Source: Eledone cirrhosa (Eukaryota). From it: a DNA stretch of 64,000 nt. Position 1 is the stretch's first letter, and each line of letters begins with the position of its first letter. Shown in pieces: positions 12,700 to 28,799 of the stretch. Location: the NCBI GenBank assembly GCA_964016885.1, contig OZ024740.1, positions 37,634,001 to 37,698,000 of the forward strand, read 5' to 3'. The notes under the pieces were generated by a model, which saw only the letters and a program-made list of their open reading frames with translations, was not told the origin of the DNA and ran no database searches. The translations under genes were made by a program, and so were the position numbers.

Positions 12700-15600
12700 A
12701 CAGAATATATAGAACACAGTGACCCCTGTTAAAGGTAGACATGTGACAGAATATATAGAACACAGAGACCCCTGTTAGAGGTAGACATGTGACAGAATAT
12801 ATAGAGCACAGTGACCCCTGTTTAAGGTAGACATCGGACAGAATATATAGAACACTGTGAACCCTGTTTCAGGTAGACATGTGACAGAATATATAGAATA
12901 CAGTGACCCCTGTTAAAGGTATACATGTGACAGAATATATAGAACACAGTGACCCCTGTTAAAGGTAGACATGTGACAGAAAATATAGAACACAGTGACC
13001 CCTGTTTAAGGTAGACATGTGACAGAATATATAGAACACAGTGACCCCTGTTAAAGGTAGACATGTGACAGTATATATAGAACACAGTGACCCCTGTTTA
13101 AGGTAGACATGTGACAGAATATATAGAACACAGTGACCCCTGTTAAAGGTAGACATGTGACAGAATATATAGAACGCAGTGACCCCTGTTAAAGGTAGAC
13201 ATATGACAGAATATATAGAACTCAGAGACCCCTGTTAAAGGTAGACATGTGACAGAATATATGGTACAGAGTGACCCCTGTTAAATGTAGACATGTGACA
13301 GAGTATATAGAACACAGTGACCCCTGTTAAAGGTAGACATAGGACAGAATATATAGAACTCAGAGACCCCTGTTAAAGGTAGACATGTGACAGAATATAT
13401 AGAACACAGTGACCCCTGTTAAAGGTAGACATAGGACAGAATATATAGAACTCAGAGACCCCTGTTAAAGGTAGACATATGACAGAATATATAGAACTCA
13501 GAGACCCCTGTTAAAGGTAGACATGTGACAGAATATATAGTACACAGTGACCCCTGTTAAATGTAGACATGTGACAGAATATATAGAACACAGTGACCCC
13601 TGTTAAAGGTAGACATAGGACAGAATATATAGAACACAGTGACCCCTGTTTAAGTTAGAGATAGGACAGAATATATAGAACACAGTGACCCCTGTTAAAG
13701 GTAGACATGTGAAAGAATATATAGAACACAGTGACCCCTGTTAAAGGTAGACATAGGACAGAATACATAGAACACAGTGACCCCTGCTAAATGTAAACAT
13801 GTGACAGAATATATAGAACACAATGACCCCTGTTAAAGGTAGACATGTGACAGAATATATAGAACACAGTGACCCCTGTTAAAGGTAGACAATGACAGAA
13901 TATATAGAACACAGAGACCCCTGTTAAAGGTAGACATGTGACAGAATATATAGAACACAGTGACCCCTGTTAAAGGTAGACATGTGACAGAATATATAGA
14001 ACACAGAGACCCCTGTTAAAGGTAGACATAGGACAGAATACATAGAACACAGTGACCCCTGCTAAATGTAAACATGTGACAGAATATATAGAACACAGTG
14101 ACCCCTGATAAAGGTAGACATGTGACAGAATATATAGAACACAGTGACCCCTGTTTAAGGTAGACATGTGACAGAATATATAGAACACAGTGACCCCTGT
14201 TAAATGTAGACATAGGACATAACATATAGAACACAGTGACCCCTGTTTAAGTTAGAGATAGGACAGAACATATAGAACACAGTGACCCCTGTTAAAGGTC
14301 GACATAGGACAGATTATATAGAACACAGTGACCCCTGTTTAAGGTAGACATGTGACAGAATATATAGAACACAGTGACCCCTGTTAAAGGTAGACATGTG
14401 ACAGAATATATAGAACACAGTGACCCCTGTTTAAGGTAGACATGTGACAGAATATATAGAACACAGTGATCCCTGTTTAAGGTAGATATGTGACAGAATA
14501 TATAGAACACAGTGACCCCTGTTAAAGGTCGACATAGGACAGATTATATAGAACACAGTGACCCCTGTTTAAGGTAGACATGTGACAGAATATATAGAAC
14601 ACAGTGACCCCTGTTAAATGTAGACATAGGACAGAATATATAGAACACAGTGACCCCTGTTAAAGGTAGACATGTGACAGAATATATAGAACACAGTGAC
14701 CCCTGTTTAAGGTAGATATGTGACAGAATATATAGAACACAGTGACCCCTGTTAAAGGTAGACATAGGACAGAATATATAGAACACAGTGACCCCTGTTA
14801 AGGGTAGACATAGGACAGATTATATAGAACACAGTGACCCTGTTTAAGGTAGACATAGGACAGAATATATAGAACACAGTGACCCCTGTTAAAGGTCGAC
14901 ATAGGACAGATTATATAGAACACAGTGACCCCTGTTTAAGGTAGACATGTGACAGAATATATAGAACACAGTGACCCCTGTTAAAGGTAGACATAGGATA
15001 GAATATATAGAACACAGTGACCCCTGTTAAAGGTAGACATGTGACAGAATATATAGAACACAGAGTCCCCTGTTAAAGGTGGACGTAGGAGAGAATATAT
15101 AGAACACAGTGACCCCTGTTAAAGGTAGACATGTGACAGAATATATAGAACACAGTGACCCCTGTTAAAGGTAGACATGTGAAAGAATATCTAGAACACA
15201 GTGACCCCTGTTAAAGGTAGACATGTGACAGAATATATAGAACACAGTGACCCCTGTTAAAGCTATACATGTGACAGAATATATAGAACACAGTGACCCC
15301 TGTTTAAGGTAGCCATGTGACAGAATATATAGAACACAGTGACCCCTGTTAAATGTAGACATAGGACAGAATATATAGAACACAGTGACCCCTGTTTAAG
15401 GTAGACATGTGACAGAATATATAGAGCACAGTGACCCCTGTTTAAGGTAGACATGTGACAGAATATATAGAACACAGTGATCCCTGTTAAAGGTAGACAT
15501 GTGACAGAATATATAGAACACTGTGAACCCTGTTTAAGGTAGACATGTGACAGAATATATAGAACACAGTGACCCCTGTTAAAGGTAGACATGTGACAGA

Positions 15601-18600
15601 ATATATAGAACACAGTGACCCCTGTTAAAGGTAGACATGTGACAGAATATATAGAACACAGTGACCCCTGTTTAAGGTAGACATGTGACAGAATATATAG
15701 AACTCAGAGACCCCTGTTAAAGGTAGACATGTGACAGAATATATAGAACTCAGAGACCCCTGTTAAAGGTAGACATGTGACAGAATATATAGAACACAGT
15801 GACCCCTGTTAAAGGTAGACATAGCACAGAATATCTAGAACACAGTGACCCCTGTTTAAGGTAGACATAGGACAGAATATATAGAACACAGTGACCCCTG
15901 TTTAAGGTAGACATGTGACAGAATATATAGAACTCAGAGACCCCTGTTAAAGGTAGACATGTGACAGAATATATAGAACACAGTGACCCCTGTTAAAGGT
16001 AGACATAGGACAGAATATCTAGAACACAGTGACCCCTGTTTAAGGTAGACATAAGACAGAATATATAGAACACAGAGACCCCTGTTAAAGGTAGACATGT
16101 GACAGAATATATAGAACGCAGTGACCCCTGTTAAAGGTAGACATGTGACAGAATATATAGAACACAGTGACCCCTGTTAAAGGTAGACATAGGACAGAAT
16201 ATATAGAACACAGTGACCCCTGTTTAAGGTAGACATAAGACAGAATATATAGAACACAGAGACCCCTGTTAAAGGTAGACATGTGACAGAATATATAGAA
16301 CGCAGTGACCCCTGTTAAAGGTAGACATAGGACAGAATATATAGAACACAGAGACCCCTGTTAAATGTAGACATGTGACAGAATATATAGAACGCAGTGA
16401 CCCCTGTTAAAGGTAGACATAGGACAGAATATATAGAACACAGTGACCCCTGTTTAAGTTAGAGATAGGACAGAATATATAGAACACAGTGACCCCTGTT
16501 TAAGCTAGACATGTGACAGAATATATAGAACACAGAGACCCCTGTTAAAGGTAGACATGTGACAGAATATATAGAACGCAGTGACCCCTGTTAAAGGTAG
16601 ACATGTGACAGAATATATAGAACACAGTGACCCCTGTTAAAGGTAGACATAGGACAGAATATATAGAACACAGTGACCCCTGTTTAAGGTAGACATAAGA
16701 CAGAATATATAGAACACAGAGACCCCTGTTAAAGGTAGACATGTGACAGAATATATAGAACACAGAGACCCCTGTTAAATGTAGACATGTGACAGAATAT
16801 ATAGAACGCAGTGACCCCTGTTAAAGTTAGACATAGGACAGAATATATAGAACACAGTGACCCCTGTTTAAGTTAGAGATAGGACAGAATATATAGAACA
16901 CAGTGACCCCTGTTTAAGCTAGACATGTGACAGAATATATAGAACACAGTGACCCCTGTAAAAGGTAGACATGTGACAGAATATATAGAACACAGTGACC
17001 CCTGTAAAAGGTAGACATGTGACAGAATATATAGAACACAGTGACCCCTGTTAAAGGTAGACATGTGACAGAATATATAGAACACAGAGACCCCTGTTAG
17101 AGGTAGACATGTGACAGAATATATAGAACACAGTGACCCCTGTTTAAGGTAGACATCGGACAGAATATATAGAACACTGTGAACCCTGTTTCAGGTAGAC
17201 ATGTGACAGAATATATAGAATACAGTGACCCCTGTTAAAGGTATACATGTGACAGAATATATAGAACACAGTGACCCCTGTTAAAGGTAGACATGTGACA
17301 GAAAATATAGAACACAGTGACCCCTGTTTAAGGTAGACATGTGACAGAATATATAGAACACAGTGACCCCTGTTAAAGGTAGACATGTGACAGTATATAT
17401 AGAACACAGTGACCCCTGTTTAAGGTAGACATGTGACAGAATATATAGAACACAGTGACCCCTGTTAAAGGTAGACATAGGACAGAATATATAGAACTCA
17501 GAGACCCCTGTTAAAGGTAGACATATGACAGAATATATAGAACTCAGAGACCCCTGTTAAAGGTAGACATGTGACAGAATATATAGTACACAGTGACCCC
17601 TGTTAAATGTAGACATGTGACAGAATATATAGAACACAGTGACCCCTGTTAAAGGTAGACATAGGACAGAATATATAGAACACAGTGACCCCTGTTTAAG
17701 TTAGAGATAGGACAGAATATATAGAACACAGTGACCCCTGTTAAAGGTAGACATGTGAAAGAATATATAGAACACAGTGACCCCTGTTAAAGGTAGACAT
17801 AGGACAGAATACATAGAACACAGTGACCCCTGCTAAATGTAAACATGTGACAGAATATATAGAACACAATGACCCCTGTTAAAGGTAGACATGTGACAGA
17901 ATATATAGAACACAGTGACCCCTGTTAAAGGTAGACAATGACAGAATATATAGAACACAGAGACCCCTGTTAAAGGTAGACATGTGACAGAATATATAGA
18001 ACACAGTGACCCCTGTTAAAGGTAGACATGTGACAGAATATATAGAACACAGAGACCCCTGTTAAAGGTAGACATAGGACAGAATACATAGAACACAGTG
18101 ACCCCTGCTAAATGTAAACATGTGACAGAATATATAGAACACAGTGACCCCTGATAAAGGTAGACATGTGACAGAATATATAGAACACAGTGACCCCTGT
18201 TTAAGGTAGACATGTGACAGAATATATAGAACACAGTGACCCCTGTTAAATGTAGACATAGGACATAATATATAGAACACAGTGACCCCTGTTTAAGTTA
18301 GAGATAGGACAGAACATATAGAACACAGTGACCCCTGTTAAAGGTCGACATAGGACAGATTATATAGAACACAGTGACCCCTGTTTAAGGTAGACATGTG
18401 ACAGAATATATAGAACACAGTGACCCCTGTTAAAGGTAGACATGTGACAGAATATATAGAACACAGTGACCCCTGTTTAAGGTAGACATGTGACAGAATA
18501 TATAGAACACAGTGATCCCTGTTTAAGGTAGATATGTGACAGAATATATAGAACACAGTGACCCCTGTTAAAGGTCGACATAGGACAGATTATATAGAAC

Positions 18601-21330
18601 ACAGTGACCCCTGTTTAAGGTAGACATGTGACAGAATATATAGAACACAGTGACCCCTGTTAAATGTAGACATAGGACAGAATATATAGAACACAGTGAC
18701 CCCTGTTAAAGGTAGACATGTGACAGAATATATAGAACACAGTGACCCCTGTTTAAGGTAGATATGTGACAGAATATATAGAACACAGTGACCCCTGTTA
18801 AAGGTAGACATAGGACAGAATATATAGAACACAGTGACCCCTGTTAAGGGTAGACATAGGACAGATTATATAGAACACAGTGACCCTGTTTAAGGTAGAC
18901 ATAGGACAGAATATATAGAACACAGTGACCCCTGTTAAAGGTCGACATAGGACAGATTATATAGAACACAGTGACCCCTGTTTAAGGTAGACATGTGACA
19001 GAATATATAGAACACAGTGACCCCTGTTAAAGGTAGACATAGGATAGAATATATAGAACACAGTGACCCCTGTTAAAGGTAGACATGTGACAGAATATAT
19101 AGAACACAGAGTCCCCTGTTAAAGGTGGACGTAGGAGAGAATATATAGAACACAGTGACCCCTGTTAAAGGTAGACATGTGACAGAATATATAGAACACA
19201 GTGACCCCTGTTAAAGGTAGACATGTGAAAGAATATATAGAACACAGTGACCCCTGTTAAAGGTAGACATGTGACAGAATATATAGAACACAGTGACCCC
19301 TGTTAAAGCTATACATGTGACAGAATATATAGAACACAGTGACCCCTGTTTAAGGTAGCCATGTGACAGAATATATAGAACACAGTGACCCCTGTTAAAT
19401 GTAGACATAGGACAGAATATATAGAACACAGTGACCCCTGTTTAAGGTAGACATGTGACAGAATATATAGAACACAGTGACCCCTGTTTAAGGTAGACAT
19501 GTGACAGAATATATAGAACACAGTGATCCCTGTTAAAGGTAGACATGTGACAGAATATATAGAACACTGTGAACCCTGTTTAAGGTAGACATGTGACAGA
19601 ATATATAGAACACAGTGACCCCTGTTTAAGGTAGACATGTGACAGAATATATAGAATACAGTGACCCCTGTTAAAGGTAGACATGTGACAGAATATATGG
19701 TACAGAGTGACCCCTGTTAAAGGTAGACATGTGACAGAATATATAGAACACAGTGACCCCTGTTTAAGGTAGACATAGGACAGAATATATAGAACACAGT
19801 GACCCCTGTTTAAGGTAGACATAGGACAGAATATATAGAACACAGTGACTCCTGTTAAAGGTAGACATAGGACAGAATATATAGAACACAGTGACCCCTG
19901 TTAAAGGTAGACATGTGACAGAATATATAGAACACAGTGACCCCTGTTAAAGGTAGACATGTGACAGAATATATAGAACACAGTGACCCCTGTTTAAGGT
20001 AGACATGTGACAGAATATATAGAACTCAGAGACCCCTGTTAAAGGTAGACATGTGACAGAATATATAGAACTCAGAGACCCCTGTTAAAGGTAGACATGT
20101 GACAGAATATATAGAACACAGTGACCCCTGTTAAAGGTAGACATAGGACAGAATATCTAGAACACAGTGACCCCTGTTTAAGGTAGACATAGGACAGAAT
20201 ATATAGAACACAGTGACCCCTGTTTAAGGTAGACATGTGACAGAATATATAGAACTCAGAGACCCCTGTTAAAGGTAGACATGTGACAGAATATATAGAA
20301 CACAGTGACCCCTGTTAAAGGTAGACATAGGACAGAATATCTAGAACACAGTGACCCCTGTTTAAGGTAGACATAAGACAGAATATATAGAACACAGAGA
20401 CCCCTGTTAAAGGTAGACATGTGACAGAATATATAGAACGCAGTGACCCCTGTTAAAGGTAGACATGTGACAGAATATATAGAACACAGTGACCCCTGTT
20501 AAAGGTAGACATAGGACAGAATATATAGAACACAGTGACCCCTGTTTAAGGTAGACATAAGACAGAATATATAGAACACAGAGACCCCTGTTAAAGGTAG
20601 ACATGTGACAGAATATATAGAACGCAGTGACCCCTGTTAAAGGTAGACATAGGACAGAATATATAGAACACAGTGACCCCTGTTTAAGGTAGACATAAGA
20701 CAGAATATATAGAACACAGAGACCCCTGTCAAAGGTAGACATGTGACAGAATATATAGAACGCAGTGACCCCTGTTAAAGGTAGACATGTGACAGAATAT
20801 ATAGAACACAGTGACCCCTGTTAAAGGTAGACATAGGACAGAATATATAGAACACAGTGACCCCTGTTTAAGGTAGACATAAGACAGAATATATAGAACA
20901 CAGAGACCCCTGTTAAAGGTAGACATGTGACAGAATATATAGAACACAGAGACCCCTGTTAAAGATAGACATGTGACAGAATATATAGAACACAGTGACC
21001 CCTGTTTAAGGTAGACATGTGACAGAATATATAGAACACAGAGACCCCTGTTAAATGTAGACATGTGACAGAATATATAGAACGCAGTGACCCCTGTTAA
21101 AGGTAGACATAGGACAGAATATATAGAACACAGTGACCCCTGTTTAAGTTAGAGATAGGACAGAATATATAGAACACAGTGACCCCTGTTTAAGCTAGAC
21201 ATGTGACAGAATATATAGAACACAGTGACCCCTGTAAAAGGTAGACATGTGACAGAATATATAGAACACAGTGACCCCTGTAAAAGGTAGACATGTGACA
21301 GAATATATAGAACACAGAGACCCCTGTTAA
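12700..21330. repeat. Nested ~4.3-kb tandem duplication (~12700-17050 vs ~17050-21330); repeated at +41,348
   Basis: Offsets are 4,322 (12822->17144, 16085->20407), 4,046 (13970->18016; deletions 13891->17937 and 14838->18884) and 4,276 (16873->21149). Each equals n x 46 - 2. Confidence 0.9.
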
Positions 21331-21639
21331 AGGTAGACATGTGACAGAATATATAGAACACAGTGACCCCTTTTAAAGATAGACATGTGACAGAATATAT
21401 AGAACACAGTGACCCCTGTTAAAGGTAGACATGTGACAGAATATATAGAACACAGTGACCCCTGTTTAAGGTAGACATGTGACAGAATATATAGAACACA
21501 GAGACCCCTGTTTAAGGTAGACATAAGACAGAATATATAGAACACAGTGACCCCTGTTAAAGGTAGACATGTGACAGAATATATAGAACACAGAGACCCC
21601 TTTTAAAGATAGACATGTGACAGAAAATATAGAACACAG

Positions 21640-24600
21640 TGACCCCTGTTAAAGGTAGACATGTGACAGAATATATAGAACACAGTGACCCCTGTTTAAG
21701 GTAGACATGTGACAGAATATATAGAACACAGTGACCCCTGTTAAAGGTAGACATGAGACAGAATATATAGAACACAGTGACCCCTGTTTAAGGTAGACAG
21801 GTGACAGAATATATAGAACACAGTGATCCCTGTTAAATATAGACATGAGACAGAATATATAGAACACAGTGACCCCTGTTTAAGGTAGACATGTCACAGA
21901 ATATATAGAATACAGTGACCCCTGTTAAAGGTAGACATTTGACAGAATATATGGTACAGAGTGACCCCTGTTAAAGGTAGACATGTGACAGAATATATAG
22001 AACACAGTGACCCCTGTTTAAGGTAGACATAGGACAGAATATATAGAACACAGTGACCCCTGTTTAAGGTAGACATAGGACAGAATATATAGAACACAAT
22101 GACCCCTGTTTAAGGTAGACATAGGACAGAATATATAGAACACAGTGACTCCTGTTAAAGGTAGACATAGGACAGATTATATATAACACAGTGACCCCTG
22201 TTTAAGGTAGACATGTGACAGAATATATAGAACACAGTGACCCCTGTTTAAGGTAGACATGTGACAGAATATATAGAACACAGTGACCCCTGTTTAAGGT
22301 AGACATAGGACAGAATATATAGAACACAGTGACTCCTGTTAAAGGTAGACATAGGACAGATTATATAGAACACAGTGACCCCTGTTTAAGGTAGACATGT
22401 GACAGAATATATAGAACACAGTGACCCCTGTTTAAGGTAGACATGTGACAGAATATATAGAACTCAGAGACCCCTGTTAAAGGAAGACATGTGACAGAAT
22501 ATATAGAACACAGTGACCCCTGTTAAATGTAGGCATGTGACAGAATATTTAGAACACAGTGACCCCTGTTAAAGGTAGACATAGGACAGAATACATAGAA
22601 CACAGTGAACCCTGCTAAATGTAAACATGTGACAGAATATATAGAACACAGTGACCCCTGTTAAAGGTAGACATGTGACAGAATATATAGAACACAGTGA
22701 CCCCTGTTAAAGGTAGACATGTGACAGAATATATAGAACACAGAGACCCCTGTTAGAGGTAGACATGTTACAGAATATATAGAACACAGTGACCCCTGTT
22801 AAAGGTAGACATGTGACAGAATATATAGAACACAGTGACCCCTGTTTAAGGTAGACATGTGACAGAATATATAGAACACAGTGACCCCTGTTAAAGGTAG
22901 ACATGTGACAGAATATATAGAACACAGAGTCCCCTGTTAAAGGTAGACATGTGACAGAATATATAGAACACAGTGACCCCTTTTAAAGATAGACATGTGA
23001 CAGAAAATATAGAACACAGTGACCCCTGTTTAAGGTAGACATGTGACAGAATATATAGAACACAGTGACCCCTGTTAAAGGTAGACATGAGACAGAATAT
23101 ATAGAACACAGAGTCCCCTGTTAAAGGTAGACATGTGACAGAATATATAGAACACAGTGACCCCTTTTAAAGATAGACATGTGACAGAAAATATAGAACA
23201 CAGTGACCCCTGTTTAAGGTAGACATGTGACAGAATATATAGAACACAGTGACCCCTGTTAAAGGTAGACATGAGACAGAATATATAGAACACAGTGACC
23301 CCTGTTTAAGGTAGACATGTGACAGAATATATAGAACACAGTGACCCCTGTTTAAGGTAGACATGTGACAGAATATATAGAACACAGTGACCCCTGTTTA
23401 AGGTAGACATCGGACAGAATATATAGAACACTGTGAACCCTGTTTAAGGTAGACATGTGACAGAATATATAGAATACAGTGACCCCTGTTAAAGCTAGAC
23501 ATGTGACAGAATATATAGAACACAGTAACCCCTGTTAAAGGTAGACATGTGACAGAAAATATAGAACACAGTGACCCCTGTTTAAGGTAGCCATGTGACA
23601 GAATATATAGAACACAGTGACCCCTGTTAAAGGTAGACATGAGACAGAATATATAGAACACAGTGACCCCTGTTTAAGCTAGACACATGACAGAATATAT
23701 AGAACACAGTGAAGCCTGTTTAAGGTAGACATGTGACAGAATATATAGAATACAGTGACCCCTGTTAAAGGTAGACATGTGACAGAATATATAGTACAGA
23801 GTGACCCCTGTTAAAGGTAGACATGTGACAGAATATATAGAACGCAGTGACCCCTGTTAAAGGTAGACATAGGACAGAATATATAGAACACAGTGACCCC
23901 TGTTTAAGTTAGAGATAGGACAGAATATATAGAACACAGTGACCCCTGTTAAAGGTAGACATGTGAAAGAATATATAGAACACAGTGACCCCTGTTAAAG
24001 GTAGACATAGGACAGAATACATAGAACACAGTGACCCCTGCTAAATGTAAACATGTGACAGAATATATAGAACACAATGACCCCTGTTAAAGGTAGACAT
24101 GTGACAGAATATATAGAACTCAGAGACCCCTGTTAAAGGTAGACATGTGACAGAATATATAGAACACAGTGACCCCTGTTAAAGGTAGACATAGGACAGA
24201 ATATATAGAACACAGTGACCCCTGTTTAAGGTAGACATAAGACAGAATATATAGAACACAGAGACCCCTGTTAAAGGTAGACATGTGACAGAATATATAG
24301 AACGCAGTGACCCCTGTTAAAGGTAGACATAGGACAGAATATATAGAACACAGTGACCCCTGTTTAAGTTAGAGATAGGACAGAATATATAGAACACAGT
24401 GACCCCTGTTAAAGGTAGACATGTGAAAGAATATATAGAACACAGTGACCCCTGTTAAAGGTAGACATAGGACAGAATATATAGAACACAGTGACCCCTG
24501 TTTAAGTTAGAGATACGACAGAATATATAGAACACAGTGACCCCTGTTAAAGGTAGACATGTGAAAGAATATATAGAACACAGTGACCCCTGTTAAAGGT

Positions 24601-27600
24601 AGACATGAGACAGAATATATAGAACACAGTGACCCCTGTTTAAGGTAGACAGGTGACAGAATATATAGAACACTGTGAACCCTGTTTAAGGTAGACATGT
24701 GACAGAATATATAGAATACAGTGACCCCTGTTAAAGGTAGACATGTGACAGAATATATGATACAGAGTGACCCCTGTTAAAGGTAGACATAGGACAGAAT
24801 ATATAGAACACAGTGACCCCTGTTTAAGGTAGACGTAGGACAGAATATATAGAACACTGTGAACCCTGTTTAAGGTAGACATGTGACAGAATATAAAGAA
24901 TACAGTGACCCCTGTTAAAGGTAGACATGTGACAGAATATATGGTACAGAGTGACCCCTGTTAAAGGTAGACATGTGACAGAATATATAGAACACAGTGA
25001 CCCCTGTTTAAGGTAGACATAGGACAGAATTTATAGAACACAGTGACCCCTGTTTAAGGTAGACATAGGACAGAATATATAGAACACAGTGACTCCTGTT
25101 AAAGGTAGACATGTGACAGAATATATAGAACACAGTGACCCCTGTTAAAGGTAGACATAGGACAGATTATATAGAACACAGTGACCCCTGTTAAAGGTAG
25201 ACATGTGACAGAATATATAGAACACAGTGACCCCTGTTAAAGGTAGACATGTGACAGAATATATAGAACACAGTGACCCCTGTTTAAGTTAGAGATACGA
25301 CAGAATATATAGAACACAGTGACCCCTGTTAAAGGTAGACATGTGAAAGAATATATAGAACACAGTGACCCCTGTTAAAGGTAGACATGAGACAGAATAT
25401 ATAGAACACAGTGACCCCTGTTTAAGGTAGACAGGTGACAGAATATATAGAACACTGTGAACCCTGTTTAAGGTAGACATGTGACAGAATATATAGAATA
25501 CAGTGACCCCTGTTAAAGGTAGACATGTGACAGAATATATGATACAGAGTGACCCCTGTTAAAGGTAGACATAGGACAGAATATATAGAACACAGTGACC
25601 CCTGTTTAAGGTAGACGTAGGACAGAATATATAGAACACTGTGAACCCTGTTTAAGGTAGACATGTGACAGAATATAAAGAATACAGTGACCCCTGTTAA
25701 AGGTAGACATGTGACAGAATATATGGTACAGAGTGACCCCTGTTAAAGGTAGACATGTGACAGAATATATAGAACACAGTGACCCCTGTTTAAGGTAGAC
25801 ATAGGACAGAATTTATAGAACACAGTGACCCCTGTTTAAGGTAGACATAGGACAGAATATATAGAACACAGTGACTCCTGTTAAAGGTAGACATGTGACA
25901 GAATATATAGAACACAGTGACCCCTGTTAAAGGTAGACATAGGACAGATTATATAGAACACAGTGACCCCTGTTAAAGGTAGACATGTGACAGAATATAT
26001 AGAACACAGTGACCCCTGTTAAAGGTAGACATGTGACAGAATATATAGAACACAGTGACCCCTGTTAAATGTAGCCATGTGACAGAATATATAGAACACA
26101 GTGACCCCTGTTAAAAGTAGACATAGGACAGAATATATAGAACACAGTGACCCCTGTTAAAGGTAGACATGTGACAGAATATATAGAACACAGTGACCCC
26201 TGTTTAAGGTAGACATGTGACAGAATATATAGAACACAGTGACCCCTGTTAAAGGTAGACATGAGACAGAATATATAGAACACAGTGACCCCTGTTTAAG
26301 GTAGACAGGTGACAGAATATATAGAACACAGTGATCCCTGTTAAATATAGACATGAGACAGAATATATAGAACACAGTGACCCCTGTTTAAGGTAGACAT
26401 GTGACAGAATATATAGAATACAGTGACCCCTGTTAAAGGTAGACATTTGACAGAATATATGGTACAGAGTGACCCCTGTTAAAGGTAGACATGTGACAGA
26501 ATATATAGAACACAGTGACCCCTGTTTAAGGTAGACATAGGACAGAATATATAGAACACAGTGACCCCTGTTTAAGGTAGACATAGGACAGAATATATAG
26601 AACACAATGACCCCTGTTTAAGGTAGACATAGGACAGAATATATAGAACACAGTGACTCCTGTTAAAGGTAGACATAGGACAGATTATATATAACACAGT
26701 GACCCCTGTTTAAGGTAGACATGTGACAGAATATATAGAACACAGTGACCCCTGTTTAAGGTAGACATGTGACAGAATATATAGAACACAGTGACCCCTG
26801 TTTAAGGTAGACATAGGACAGAATATATAGAACACAGTGACTCCTGTTAAAGGTAGACATAGGACAGATTATATAGAACACAGTGACCCCTGTTTAAGGT
26901 AGACATGTGACAGAATATATAGAACACAGTGACCCCTGTTTAAGGTAGACATGTGACAGAATATATAGAACTCAGAGACCCCTGTTAAAGGAAGACATGT
27001 GACAGAATATATAGAACACAGTGACCCCTGTTAAAGGTAGACATGTGACAGAATATATAGAACACAGTGACCCCTGTTAAATGTAGACATGTGACAGAAT
27101 ATTTAGAACACAGTGACCCCTGTTAAAGGTAGACATAGGACAGAATACATAGAACACAGTGAACCCTGCTAAATGTAAACATGTGACAGAATATATAGAA
27201 CACAGTGACCCCTGTTAAAGGTAGACATGTGACAGAATATATAGAACACAGTGACCCCTGTTAAAGGTAGACATGTGACAGAATATATAGAACACAGAGA
27301 CCCCTGTTAGAGGTAGACATGTTACAGAATATATAGAACACAGTGACCCCTGTTAAAGGTAGACATGTGACAGAATATATAGAACACAGTGACCCCTGTT
27401 TAAGGTAGACATGTGACAGAATATATAGAACACAGTGACCCCTGTTAAAGGTAGACATGTGACAGAATATATAGAACACAGAGTCCCCTGTTAAAGGTAG
27501 ACATGTGACAGAATATATAGAACACAGTGACCCCTTTTAAAGATAGACATGTGACAGAAAATATAGAACACAGTGACCCCTGTTTATGGTAGACATGTGA

Positions 27601-28780
27601 CAGAATATATAGAACACAGTGACCCCTGTTAAAGGTAGACATGAGACAGAATATATAGAACACAGAGTCCCCTGTTAAAGGTAGACATGTGACAGAATAT
27701 ATAGAACACAGTGACCCCTTTTAAAGATAGACATGTGACAGAAAATATAGAACACAGTGACCCCTGTTTAAGGTAGACATGTGACAGAATATATAGAACA
27801 CAGTGACCCCTGTTAAAGGTAGACATGAGACAGAATATATAGAACACAGTGACCCCTGTTTAAGGTAGACATGTGACAGAATATATAGAACACAGTGACC
27901 CCTGTTTAAGGTAGACATGTGACAGAATATATAGAACACAGTGACCCCTGTTTAAGGTAGACATCGGACAGAATATATAGAACACTGTGAACCCTGTTTA
28001 AGGTAGACATGTGACAGAATATATAGAATACAGTGACCCCTGTTAAAGCTAGACATGTGACAGAATATATAGAACACAGTGACCCCTGTTAAAGGTAGAC
28101 ATGTGACAGAAAATATAGAACACAGTGACCCCTGTTTAAGGTAGCCATGTGACAGAATATATAGAACACAGTGACCCCTGTTAAAGGTAGACATGAGACA
28201 GAATATATAGAACACAGTGACCCCTGTTTAAGCTAGACATATGACAGAATATATAGAACACAGTGAAGCCTGTTTAAGGTAGACATGTGACAGAATATAT
28301 AGAATACAGTGACCCCTGTTAAAGGTAGACATGTGACAGAATATATAGAACGCAGTGACCCCTGTTAAAGGTAGACATAGGACAGAATATATAGAACACA
28401 GTGACCCCTGTTTAAGTTAGAGATAGGACAGAATATATAGAACACAGTGACCCCTGTTAAAGGTAGACATGTGAAAGAATATATAGAACACAGTGACCCC
28501 TGTTAAAGGTAGACATAGGACAGAATACATAGAACACAGTGACCCCTGCTAAATGTAAACATGTGACAGAATATATAGAACACAATGACCCCTGTTAAAG
28601 GTAGACATGTGACAGAATATATAGAACTCAGAGACCCCTGTTAAAGGTAGACATGTGACAGAATATATAGAACACAGTGACCCCTGTTAAAGTTAGACAT
28701 AGGACAGAATATATAGAACACAGTGACCCCTGTTTAAGGTAGACATAAGACAGAATATATAGAACACAGAGACCCCTGTT
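21640..28780. repeat. Nested duplication at ~4.5-kb offset (~21640-24260 vs ~26150-28780)
   Basis: Offsets are 4,508 (98 monomers; 21649->26157) and 4,554 (99 monomers; 22707->27261). Shared rare markers are TTAAATATAGAC, CATTTGAC, TATATAACACA and AATATTTAG. Confidence 0.88.
24490..26060. repeat. Tandem duplication of a 17-monomer (782-bp) block
   Basis: ORFs 24507->25289 and 24640->25422 are offset by 782 = 17x46. The rare variants GATACGAC, ATGATACAGAG, ATAAAGAA and AATTTATAG each occur in both copies. Confidence 0.92.
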
Positions 28781-28799
28781 AAAGGTAGACATGTGACAG

